The notes beneath the pieces are model-generated. The model saw only the letters and a list, made by a program, of their open reading frames with translations, did not search any database and was not told the origin of the DNA. From Eledone cirrhosa (taxonomy: Eukaryota), in assembly GCA_964016885.1 (NCBI GenBank), contig OZ024741.1, positions 145,080,001-145,144,000 on the forward strand: a stretch of DNA of 64,000 bases. Direction: 5' to 3'. Shown here piece by piece: positions 26,456 through 38,469 of the stretch (position 1 is the stretch's first letter; the number at the start of each line of letters is the position of its first letter). A program made the position numbers and the translations under genes.

Positions 26456-26839
26456 ATCATTATCATCATCATCATCGTTTTACGTCCGTTCTTCCATGCT
26501 AGCATGAGTTAGACGGGTTGTCCTGTTGTGGGCAGTGTCTGGTCGGCTGACATTGTCTTGCTCATGCGGGAACTGATACTGGCTTGATTTCTACAGTTGG
26601 ATGCCCTTCCTAACACCAACCTAATTTACAGTGAGTGCTGGGTGCTTTTTTTCTGTGGCGCCTACACGTCCACTTTACAGTGGAATGATAAGGACCCCAG
26701 TCCTATCATCTCATTTCTACAACTGAGTAAACTGGAGCAATGTGAAATAAAGGAAACAACAGATCACCGGTCCAAGAATTGAATTCACAACCTTTCGATT
26801 GCAAGCCCAATGCTCTAACCACTAAGCTGTGTGCCTTCA
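26456..26839 (-). mobile_element. SINE family B variant with RTE-B tail
   Basis: SINE-B head 26690-26839 joined to the tail type seen at 31454-31630. Confidence 0.75.
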
Positions 26840-28281
26840 TATCATTATAAGTTTTAAACTAAGATTAAGTATAGGGAATAATAGATTTAATTCAACAGTA
26901 AAATAAAATATCTTGAAGTATTTAGTTATGTTTTTTTATATTTTGAATTCAAATCTCACTATCGTACCCTGCTCTGCCACAAACCCAAATTGCATTTCAT
27001 CTGAGAAATTTCTTCTTTATTTAGTTGTTATATAATTCTTTCTGTTACTTTCATAATTTGATCCATCAGCTTGATGTATCTGTAGTTGTTCTTTTCTAAG
27101 AAGAAATTTGTCCAATGGTACTCTATGTGCATATTGAGTGTATGGATACACATATATGTACACATACATACACATGCATCTGTGTATATATATATCTGTA
27201 ACTCCTGATGTAATCATAGGGGTATTGTCATGAAATTTAACATATCTTGGGCCCTTTTAAACTTAGTAGAGGCCAACCTCTCCCAGAGGAGAAATGAGGG
27301 GAAGGGAGAAATATATAAGGAATAAAAATCGACTTCATTACTAGACTGGTACATTTTTATCAACCTCAAAAGGATGAAATGCAAAGTTGACCTCAGATGA
27401 ATTTGAAGTTTGAGAGAAGAAAGAGCCAGGATGAATACTACAAAGTATTCTATCCAACATTCTAATATCTCTACCAATTCACCACATTACTTGCTTCTAT
27501 ATATAATCTAAATATGGATCTAGACATAATGCAAGTAGTCATATAGTTAATTAGAATGTAAATAGTGGATAGTTAAGAATTTATTCATTGATACTGATAT
27601 CAAAGATACACTGGGAAGAAATAAGCAGTGTTCTGCTGTCCATGACAAGGGCAATGAAATATCCAATTAATTTGTGTCTGCTGGGGATTTTGGAAATAAT
27701 GTGAATGTTATATGAGAATCTGGTAAACTACAAATAGACTGAAGACCTAGAACTGTTCCTTATATTCAGAAGTTTTATTGAATTAGATATAAACTATAGT
27801 CAGGAGACACTTATTTTGCTGAATAAGTAATTTGTCAGGCCACTAGAGATAAGCTTCTATGGTGCTTGTATTTTGTCACTAGCTCTGGGTATTTAGCAAG
27901 CCTGGATTGACCATTAAGCAAAATAAGCACACCTACCACTGTGGGTTGACATTTACACATAACACGTTCTCCAAGAGACAAGTGTTATGTTGACTAGTAT
28001 TTTTTGGAGACGACCAGCAGTTACTCTTGTATGCAACTCTTCTCTTCTTTACGTTACCAATGTTGCGCAACAGAACAACCAATACAGCTTGGCAGTTACA
28101 TGACCTTAGATGAACTAAGAATGTAAAGGACCAAGAGAGATACTACAGAACATCGTGACTGACTTTCAAACAATTGAGCCTTGGTTTACTATTTTATTTA
28201 TTGACCCTGAAAGGATGAAAGGCAAATTTCACCTTTGCGGGATTTGAACATAGAGAGTAGAAAGCTGGAACAAATACCACA

Positions 28282-28502
28282 AATAATGGTTTCTAATTTA
28301 GTTACATGTCCAACAATTTTTGGAGAGGGATAAGTCGATTAAATTGACCCCAGTGCATTACTGGTGCTTTATTTTATCGATCCTGTTACGATGAAAAGCA
28401 AAGTTAACCTCGGTGGAATTTGAACACAGACCATAAAGGGCTGTAACTCTATGCTGCAAAGCATGTTGTCCAATGCTCTACTGATACTGCCAAACCACCA
28501 CC
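28282..28502 (-). mobile_element. SINE family A, older subfamily
   Basis: Diverged match; similar to 30954-31172. Confidence 0.65.
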
Positions 28503-29139
28503 CAAATATCACAAATAGTGATGCTCAGATGTCTTTGGTAATTCACTCTCTCTTAACCCTTTTGATAACAACCAGCCAAAAACAGGCCCTGATACTATGA
28601 AGCAAAACCACCTCTTTTAAAGGGTTCCTATTTATATTATAATCAATATAAGACCCATATGTTAAGCAAGTTACTATCTTACTAATTAAACAATTCACAA
28701 TTTTAGTAAATCCCTCAAAATTCTTCATTAATTAAATAAAGTACATTTCACCAGAAATATGGTGACAAAAGTATTATATCTTTTATGTCTGAATAAAATG
28801 TTATGCTGATGACTCGAATATATTTGAGCATAAATTTGTTAGATTAGAGCTGACCTCGGACTAACCAACAACTTCAAATGCTCTAATATTTTTCCTGTTT
28901 TATTTTTTTTATTTTAAAGTTTTGAATGGTGCTTCAAAGTTTGGCATTTATCTACATATCCTTTTTAATATTAATTCCTTGTTGATGCAAATGGACAGAC
29001 ACATCTAAGGGAATAAGGAATATCTCAAATCAATCATGAATTTTCAAATATTCTCAAAACTTTCCAGAATGTAACAACACAGTATATTTCACATAAAATA
29101 ATATTCCAGTTATGTATGAAATGCATTAATGTACTTGAG

Positions 29140-29680
29140 TAGATGTGTTTGTAAGTATGTGTGCATGTACATGTGTGTATCTCTGTTTGTGTGTGTTTGC
29201 AAGTGAGTTAATGTGTGTGTATGTGTATGTATGTGCATACATGTATGTGTATATGCACCTGTGTGTCAGCATATGTGCTTGTGTGTATGTGTGTGTGTAT
29301 ATGTATGTATGTGCATACATGTATGTGTATATGCACCTGTGTGTCAGCATATATGCTTGTGTGTATGTGTGTGTATTTTCATGCACACATGTATATGTAT
29401 ATCTGCTGGTATGTGAGCAGAAGTGTTAATATTTTATGTGTTCACTTGTATCTGAACATGTGTTTGTGTGTATGTCTATGTGTAGGTGTATGTGTGTGTG
29501 TCTATGAACACATGTATGTGTTTGTGTATGTATGTATGCTTACATGCGCACATGTATGCATATATGTACCTGTATGCAAGCAGAGGTGCATGGATGTATA
29601 TGTGTGTGTGCCTCTATGTGATCAGATGTGTGTGTATGTGTATGCCTGCATACATACATGTATGTGCCTGTATATGCATT
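29140..29680. repeat. Degenerate (TG/TA) tract with about 72-bp tandem duplication
   Basis: GTATGTATGTGCATACATGTATGTGTATATGCACCTGTGTGTCAGCATAT twice. Confidence 0.85.
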
Positions 29681-30359
29681 TAATGAACCATGCTATTTAT
29701 AATGAGATATAGAGAAATGGTTTAAATAGTTCCATTGATCACTTAACCAACACATGATTGATCACTTAAAGTTTGGAGCAGTCTGCCAAAGTCTCAATGG
29801 TTATTAAGGACATGTTATAGAGACAGTCAATAGACCAATGCTAGTCTGTAATTTTTATTGAAGTTAGCCTGTTTGTGTAGCAAATGAAATAAGCAAAATT
29901 TCTTCCAATTTTTGTGTAACGTTAGTGTCCATGAATGAGAGAAAAGCTGAGCATAAAAGGCAAAAAATGCAGTGTCCAAGAGAGAAGAGTGCACTGGTAT
30001 GGACATGTATTGTGATGAATATGATCATTAGGTGAAGGAGGGCCAGGTGTTTTCATTGAAAGGAAGCTGCAGAAGATGAAGAGCAAGGAAGATCTAGGAG
30101 GAAGTGGTGAAAGCTGATTATTATAAAGTCTGCCATGGGGTTCGCAAGGTTAACAGCATTAAGACACCTTTTGTCATTGTTGTATCTCTACTCTAATCAT
30201 GGTTTACTATAAAAACAAACCAAATCAAAAGAAATATTGAAATGGTGATTTACAATATTTTAAAAATACATGCAATGTTTTACCATAACCCAGTTTTTAT
30301 CATATTTCTAATAAAAGATGCAACCCATGATTTTCAAATAACTTCAAATAACTTTGAAA

Positions 30360-30537
30360 ATAATTGTTTCTACTTTTGGCACAAGGCCAGCAAATACCCA
30401 GTGCATTACTGGTACTTTATTTTATCGACCCCGTAAGGATGAAAGGCAAAGTTAGCCTCGGCGGGATTTGAACTCAGAATGGCAAGGGCCGTAACTCTAT
30501 GTGTCAAAGCATGGCGTCCGACCCTCTACCAATACTG
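30360..30537 (-). mobile_element. SINE family A
   Basis: Family match; TSD TTTGAAAATAAT. Confidence 0.85.
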
Positions 30538-30953
30538 TTTTGAAAATAATGAAGAATCGGCAAGCATTTAGTAATATTGCTAAATTTCTTCTTCTAATCC
30601 TGGCATTTGGAGCATAACTTAAAGGCGTTTACATAGAATTACAATGGAAGATTTTGAAATAAATATATACACTTTAAAACAAGCAGTTTTGTATTGTAGA
30701 ACCAAAGATGATCACAATGCAGTACATGACAAATTCTGTTACTACATCACATGTTAAGTATGATAGGTTGGAATTCAGCCATCCAGTAGTGTTAAACCAG
30801 GGGAGGAATTATGTCGATTATCAATAAAATAATAACAACCCACAAACTTCCTTAGTTTATGGTGACTGGCATACCATATTCGATTCCTCTCAGTTAGAAT
30901 GGAGGGGGTGAAAGGATTTAGGTGTAAAGAGAAGTAACTAGAAAGGAGCCAAA

Positions 30954-31172
30954 TAATGATTTCTTATATAGGCACAAGGCCAGCAATTTGGGGGGAGGGG
31001 AAGTCGATTAAATTGACCTCGGTGCATCACTGGTACTTTATTTTATCAACCCCATAAGGATGAAAAGCAAAGTTAACCTCGGCAGGATTTTAACTCAGAT
31101 CATAAAGGTCCGTAACTCTATGCTGCAAAGCATGGCGTCCAACCCTCTACCGATACTGCCAATCCACCGCCC
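30954..31172 (-). mobile_element. SINE family A, longer subfamily
   Basis: Family match with extra internal segment. Confidence 0.8.
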
Positions 31173-31453
31173 TAAAGGAACCAAATAATACAAAATATTA
31201 TTTTTTAGAACATCAATTCTGGTTTTACCACACATATACATAGATACATGCATATATATTTGTGTGTATGTGACTATATATATATATATATATATATGTA
31301 GATTCTCAAGTTGTGCCAGGGGTAACCACAGTTAAAAATAGGTACATTGGTAGAGTATAGGCATTTTGATGATTTCATACAAATGAAATAGTTCTAACCC
31401 TGTAGAGGTCATTTCTGTAAAAAAAAAAAAATTATATAATATATGTATATTAA

Positions 31454-32282
31454 TCATCATTATCATCATCATCACCGTTTTACGTCCGTTCTTCCATGCT
31501 AGCATGGGTTAGACGGGTTGTCCTGTTGTGGGCAGTGTCCGGTCGGCTGACCTTGTCTTGCTCATACGGGAACTGATTCTGGCTTGATTTCTACAGCTGG
31601 ATGCCCTTCCTAACACCAACCTCATTTACAGTGAGCGCCTACACGTCCGCATTACAGTGTGGGCTGGGTGCTTTTTTGCCATGGCACCTCCACGACCACT
31701 TTGAAGTGGAAGGGTGTGGGGGCATATTGTCTATATGCTTCAGCTTGTACCCATGGGGCATCAGGTCTTCTGTATTACTGCGTGACGCCAGAGGTCACCT
31801 TTGAGAGGTGTAATTGGGTAAGGTCGGCTTTTATCACCTCATCCCAGGTCTTCTTGTGTCTCCCCACTCCGCGATTTCCATCGATTTCTAGTGCTCTGCA
31901 CCGTTTATGCAGCTGTCATCCTTCATACGCATCACGTGTCCATACCAACGCAACCGCCTCTCCTGCACACAGCATTTGATTCCTCTTATGCTCAGTCTCT
32001 CTCTCAATTCATTTATGCTTTGCCGTTCGCGTATATTACTATTATACATCCATCGGCGCATGCAGGCTTCGTTTCTTTCTAATCTACGCAAGTCTTCCAC
32101 AGTCAGGTCTCACTACCATGTAACATTGCTGTTCGTATACACGCATCATACAGTCTGCCTTTCATTTTGAGGGAAAAGCCTTTTGCAGCTAGCAGTGGTA
32201 GTAGTTCCCTAAACTTCTTCCATCCCGTTCTTACCCTAGTTATTGTACTTCTGAGGGAAAAGCCTTTTGCAGCTAGCAGTGG
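31454..32282 (-). mobile_element. RTE-B LINE 3' fragment
   Basis: ORFs 31888..32100, 32103..32348 (RVRTGWKKFRELLPLL...); distinct 3'UTR with (GAT)n. Confidence 0.88.
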
Positions 32283-32937
32283 CAGAAATATATATATTAT
32301 ATAACAAAGAAGGTGTGGTAAGATACCAGGTGGACCATATCGCATCAATATATTTATTGAATGTTTGCAACTATGTCTTTGCTTTCTCTATGGTAGCCTT
32401 GGTTGAGTGCTTCATGTCTCATTCATTTTTTCAATTTGAATCTGTGCTAACATGTCCTCTGTGAAAGGGCAGGACTAGCTTACTTCCTGTTTGGTGTCAA
32501 GTCACATGCCACTGAAAGTTGAGGTTACTACTACACTGGCTGATCCATCAAAGTAGTGTGGTGGATACCGCTTCTGAACTATCCATTCCAGGAGGCTAAT
32601 GCTCCCTGAAGATGCAATTCTCAGCCACTTATGTAATGTTTACTAACATTACCTAATTTCTGTGCACATGGTAGTTCCATTTGCACTGCTGCTATCAAAT
32701 GAGTCACAGAAACTAATGCATAGGTCCAGGGCCGGAAAATCAAATTTACTACCGACACAAAATCATTTTTCTTATCAATTAATGTATAAGTGTGCACTCT
32801 AATTTTTTGAGGTTGGTGTCTTAATGATACTGACTTAATTAAATCATTAAATCATAGAGTGGGCTAGAATACAAGAGAAGCTGTACCAGTCCTATTTGAT
32901 AGCTTTGTTTCATTATCATTATTATATATATATATAT

Positions 32938-33128
32938 GGCGGTCGATTGGCAGTATCGGTAGAGGGTCGGACGCCATGCTTTGACGCATAGAGTTACGGC
33001 CCTTGCCATTCTGAGTTCAAATCCCGTCGAGGTTAACTTTGCCTTTCATCCTTACGGTGTCGATAAAATAAAGTACCAGTAATACACTGGGTAATTGCTG
33101 GCCTTGTGCCAAAAGTAGAAACAATTAT
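32938..33128 (+). mobile_element. SINE family A, in (TA)n
   Basis: Full family match. Confidence 0.88.
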
Positions 33129-33148
33129 TATATATATATATATATACC

Positions 33149-33310
33149 ACAAAATTTAATATAGAAATGGCTTCTACAGGACTAGAACTGTTTCATTTAT
33201 ATGAAATAATCAGGAATGAAACAGTTCTAGTCCTGTAGAAACCATGTCTATATTTAATTTTTTTGTCTTCACTCTACTGATGTATTGAGTTACCCCCAAC
33301 ACCACTTGGG
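33149..33310. mobile_element. Inverted PLE-like terminal fragment (family H)
   Basis: 33149-33197 mirrors 33215-33265; GAAACAGTTCTAGTCCTGTAG also at about 31385, 53335 (minus), 54298. Confidence 0.6.
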
Positions 33311-33406
33311 ATCTATAAATATATATATACCTTCAAAATAAGGGGTGCACATGACAAAGACCATGGATAAAACAACAGCATATAAGTGTCAATGTTACTA
33401 TGTATA

Positions 33407-33490
<84 letters not shown>

Positions 33491-33502
33491 TATATATATA
33501 TA

Positions 33503-33980
33503 TGATAGAAGTAAATGAAGAAAGATGGTATATCAAGAAAAAATTGTTTTTCAGACATATCGAGTAAAAATAAGAAATTAAAAAGGGATGTCCGGAAATG
33601 TTTTAATGTTGATTTATCCCAACAAACTGGTGATGTCCAAAGTTTAACATGCAAAATCTGTAACAGATTCTGCTTCAGCATGGCTGGCAAGAAAAGTTAT
33701 CTTCACAATTGTGAATATATAGCTCCTACCAATTACCAAATTTCTATGACTGGAAATACAACACATGTATGCAGAACCTGTGAAAAAGAATGAATGTCTG
33801 CTAGTGACCTAAAAAGTGCATAATGAGCCTCAAGAGGCCAATAATCAAGATCATTGTGTATCTACTAACCCTGTGCAAAACACTGTCAGATGCAGGCCTA
33901 AAGAGCCATATCTGTTTGCAGCACAATATTCAAACTGATGTAATTCGATAGCCATACCTGATCATGGGGTGGCTGCCATA
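33503..33980 (+). mobile_element. LINE 3' end with tandem C2H2-like fingers (RTE-like)
   Basis: ORF 33515..33793 LTCKICNRFCFSMAGKKSYL...HVCRTCEKE. Confidence 0.55.
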
Positions 33981-34164
33981 TATAGATAGACAGATAGCTA
34001 GCTAGATACACACACACACACATACACACACATAAATATATATATAGATAATATAGATAGATAGACAGATTGATAGATAGATAGCTAGATACACACATAC
34101 ACACACATATAAATATATAGATAGATAGACAGATAGATAGATAGATAGACACACACACACACAC

Positions 34165-34209
<45 letters not shown>

Positions 34210-34282
34210 AATATATAGATAGACAGATAGATAGCTAGATACACACACACATAAATATATATAGATAGATAGATAGATAGAT

Positions 34283-34328
<46 letters not shown>

Positions 34329-34758
34329 CATCACCATAATTTTTACATGTTGTAATTTTTAGTGGCAATAAATTACGATGTTATATATAAGGGCATATGC
34401 TAAAAAAAGCCCTTATTAAGACTACTTAATATAATTGCATCTCATTCTATAGGTTTCTAATTACAGCAATTGACATATCTCAAATTAGCATCATTTGATA
34501 TATATATATATATTGGCTTGTGACACTGGGTGTATTAGCAATACTGTTGGTAGGGGTTGAAGCTGCCAAAATCTATCTCAATGGCTGATGACCCTGGAAT
34601 TCTGTGTCCTTCGTTTGTATTATTATTATTATTTAAAAAAAACAATTTTTTAAGGTTCCCCTTAAAAAAATGTTTTTTGTCTGTTGTCTTGTCTTCTCTG
34701 TTAGTTTTTCTCAGTTATCATATATACATACACATGTATCATATATACATACATGTAT

Positions 34759-34813
<55 letters not shown>

Positions 34814-34822
34814 GTGTATATA

Positions 34823-36116
34823 CAAGGGTGTGCTGGAAAGTCCATAGGCTGACTATGAAGGAGTAATGCTAATGCTATGAAATCATTCATGCATTAATTT
34901 CATCTCTTCTTATTAATAACTGCATTGTTTCTTTACAGATAAACTGACATCTGACTATACAAAGAAGACTTCAAATGTAACTAGTAGTGACTTCTCTTGA
35001 AAAATGGACAACATTTGGCATTGTTGTGTTATCAAGTACCTGAAGAAAAAGCGTTTATCCCTCAAAGACATTCATGCTGACATGATTGTTACATTAGAGT
35101 ATGACGCTCCAGTTTTATCAACAGTGCAAAAGTGGGCAGCTGAATTTAAGAGGGGAAAAGAGAGTCTTGAAGATGATCTCAGGTCTGGATGTCCTGCAAA
35201 TGCTACCTCAGAGGAAAACATTGAATGTGTTCACCACATGGTGATGGATGACAGGCAATTGACTATAAATCAAATAGCCAAATGCTATTAGTATATCCCA
35301 TGGGAAAGTTAAGAATATTCTGCATAATGAACTTAGCATGATGAAGGTTTCTGCTCGGTGGGAGTCATGTCTTCTGACATCTGATCAAAAATGCACCTCG
35401 CTAATCACATTATGAGAAAATCTGATATTGTTTGATGCAGTTCCAGCTGGTTTTCTTGAACATTTCCTAACCCAGGATCAGTGTCGGATTCATCCCTTTA
35501 AATCTGAGACAAAGAGACAATTCATCCAGGGGAAACACTCCTTCTCACTTGCTCCAAAGAAGGTAAAGAAGGTCATTTCAGGGAAGTTGACGGCCTCAGG
35601 TTTTTGGGATGCAAAAGGCATTGTGTTTGTTGACTATCTTCAAAGGGGTGATACCATCAATGGAGAGTAATATGCCAACTTGCTGAGGCAGTTACGAAAG
35701 GCTATCAAGAACAAATGCCCAGGATAACTGACAAAACCAGTTTTGTTTCATCAGGACAATGCTCCAGCAGACAAGTCCTTGGTTTCAATGGCTGCTGTGC
35801 ATGACTGTGGCTTTGAACTGGTTGATCACCCTCCTTATTCTCCTGATTTGGCCCCAGCTGACTATCATCTGTTCCCCAACATGAAAAAAGCACTTAGCTA
35901 GGAGCTAGTATTGCAGTGATTATGACATCATATCTGCTGGTGATGGCTTTTTTGCTCAAAGGATGAAAGCTTCTTCACCAAAGGGATCGAAGCACTGCAA
36001 CACCATTGTAAGAAGTGTGTGAACTGCAAGGGGAATTGTGTTGAAAAATAAACCTCATTTGGTCACATTCCATGTGAGTGTCTTAGTCAGCCTATGAACT
36101 TTTTAGCTGCCCTTCA
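34823..36116 (+). mobile_element. Mariner DNA transposon, full length, decayed transposase (about 35004-36050)
   Basis: TA flanks, about 30-bp imperfect TIRs (AAAGT.CATAGGCTGACTA), HTH region (TVQKWAAEFKRG..SLEDD.RSG.P), HQDNAP...HPPYSPDLAPADYHLF. Confidence 0.93.
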
Positions 36117-36367
36117 TATAAGTATGCAAAAATCAAATGGAAACAACAATGTAAACAATGCAGTGCAATGCAAATATATATTCGTTTAACACAATATAGT
36201 AGGAAAAGAGTCTTAACATTTCGGACACTTATCATGCATCAGAAATTAGAATGAGAAATGAAAGAAGAAATAGAAAGATAGAGCGTGAGAAGTGGAAGAA
36301 GAATATATTTGGAGAAAACGTTCATATAGGTATGTATACATATGTATATAATATATTCCTCCATTAC

Positions 36368-36930
36368 CAGGGAGGCTCGATTGAAGTTGTTGACAGCTTT
36401 TGTTACCTTGGTGACCTAAACAGCTGAGTGGGAGGATGTTCTGAAAGTGATTTAAACAAGGTAAGAACAGATGGGAAGAAGTTTAGAGAGTTGTTACTTT
36501 TGTTGACAACAAAGGGCTTCTTACTCTGAGTGATGAGTAAACTGAACAATACATGCATTCGAACTACAATGCTACATAGTAGGGAAATATGGCTCTTGAT
36601 TGCAGAAGATCTACAAAGGCTAAAAAGATATGAAGTGGGTATGCTCTGATGGATGTTGAATGTCCATGAACAATGTAATATAAGTGAGCTGAGAGAAAAT
36701 TTGGCGTAAGAGGAATTTGATGTATTGTGCAAGAGAGTAAACTGCATTGGTATAGACAGGTGATGAATATGGAAGATGAGAGCTGCATAAAAAGTGCAGA
36801 GAAATCTCAGTGTTTGAGGTCTATGGAAGTGGCAGACTCAGGAAGAGTTGAGATTAGATAGTGAACATCAACCTTAAGAAGCTGAATCTCACAACGTAGT
36901 TGACGAAGGGCCACAAGAATTGCCAAGATG
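36368..36930 (+). mobile_element. Old RTE LINE 3' fragment
   Basis: IEVVDSFCYLGD...WKKFRELL, heavily decayed. Confidence 0.75.
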
Positions 36931-38249
36931 CTGTACTGCAGATGACCCTCTTACAGGCATAAAATATGACCTGATCTTCTCCATGCCCCTCAGCCACCAA
37001 TTCCTAATGCTGGCACAAAGCCATGTAACTTTGTGGGAAAGCACAGTCAATTTATTGATTTATCGATGTCAAAATTACTTCCTTTACTTATCCCCTCCAA
37101 ATTCTTGTTTATTTTCATAATTATTTGAAATGCAAAGGAAATAACTTCTATTGGAAATATTGTAACAAAAATGAAAACTGAAGCGGTTTTAGGTGGGTTT
37201 GTGTTTAAAGTGTTAATCCACATGAATAACATTCTTGAAATTAATTAATCTCAGAAATCTGTAAATGATTGAATGCCAGTAAGGGAAATAAATGAACTGA
37301 AATGAAAGTTAGAGGGGTTAATGGATGGGGAGCAGAGGGTAAGGCAAAATGGAGAAGCTTGTCATGAAACCCATCTATTTGTTGTTGTATAGCAAGGAAT
37401 TAGTGCCATACACATATTAGATTATTGGAGTAACCATGAAGGCCACCTTTTTATGTGGGAATCTCATCTCAAATTTACATACAATGAGTTGAAGCTGGAG
37501 AAGCACTGAACAATTCTACCCATGGAACTTATTTATTGCTAATTAAATTGAGCCAGTAATAAAATTGTGAACTCTCAATTATTTTAGCTGTGAAGCTAAA
37601 ATTCTATTGCTGCCACCAATTGTGACTCTAATTACTGAACATTTTTTATGGCTAAAAAGAAATATAATTGGTGTATTAAAGTTCTCTGTCATGTGTAATC
37701 TAGAAAGACTAATTCTCCAAGAGCAATTTAATGCAAGAACTTTCATACTAGAAATAAGAATAATGCTATTTTGATGTATGTTAAAGCAGTCAATTATTGC
37801 AATTAGAGACCTATAGGAATGAGATACAATTATATTACTAAGTAGACACAATGAGTGTAATGTTTTTAACTCATGCAACTACATTATGTAACATTGCAAC
37901 TTTTTGCCTCTGAAAATTACACTTACAGATAGAAACTAGTGCATCATTGTACTTATATGATTCTGCATTGATACATTAAAGCCAGATGAAAAGTTCTTAG
38001 TGTGTTGTTGCTTCTCTACTGAATACTTTTTTCTGCATGAAATTTCATTAACCATTTTGATATCAAACCAGCTAAGATCACCCATCATTTGACAAAACAA
38101 AGCTATTTATTTTAATGTGTTTATATTTACAAAAAAAAACTTTGTCATCATTTTATGAAAGAACATATGTTAAATTATGCTCTAATCATCAGCTTAACGA
38201 GAGAAATTTAGTTATAGTACTAAATCCATCTAAGTTCTTGATTATTTAA

Positions 38250-38469
38250 CCCTTTAATGTTCAAACCAGCCAAAACCTGCCAGAATTCTCTACCCCTTTC
38301 TGATGAAACTGGCTGTAACCGGTTGCTCAAATTAATGTTAAGGTTTTGTTCTCAAAATAAATACTTTCAAGATCACATAGATTCGATATTATGTGAGATA
38401 ATTATGCGAGGTAAAGCCTTTACCATGAAAATATAATAGTATATATAGAGTAATGTAAATGTTAAAGGG
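38250..38469. mobile_element. piggyBac-type MITE
   Basis: TTAA|CCCTTTAATG ... GTTAAAGGG|TTAA; second copy 53461-53680. Confidence 0.7.

Noticed and set aside
35004-36050. Active or domesticated mariner transposase
   Set aside because: Multiple stops and frameshifts
36205-36250. Minus-strand CTGATGC...CCGAAATGTTA hammerhead-like motif
   Set aside because: Core and stems too degenerate to support
37579-37878. 99-aa ORF, partly open on both strands, TAAT-rich
   Set aside because: No recognisable motif or splice support; compatible with chance
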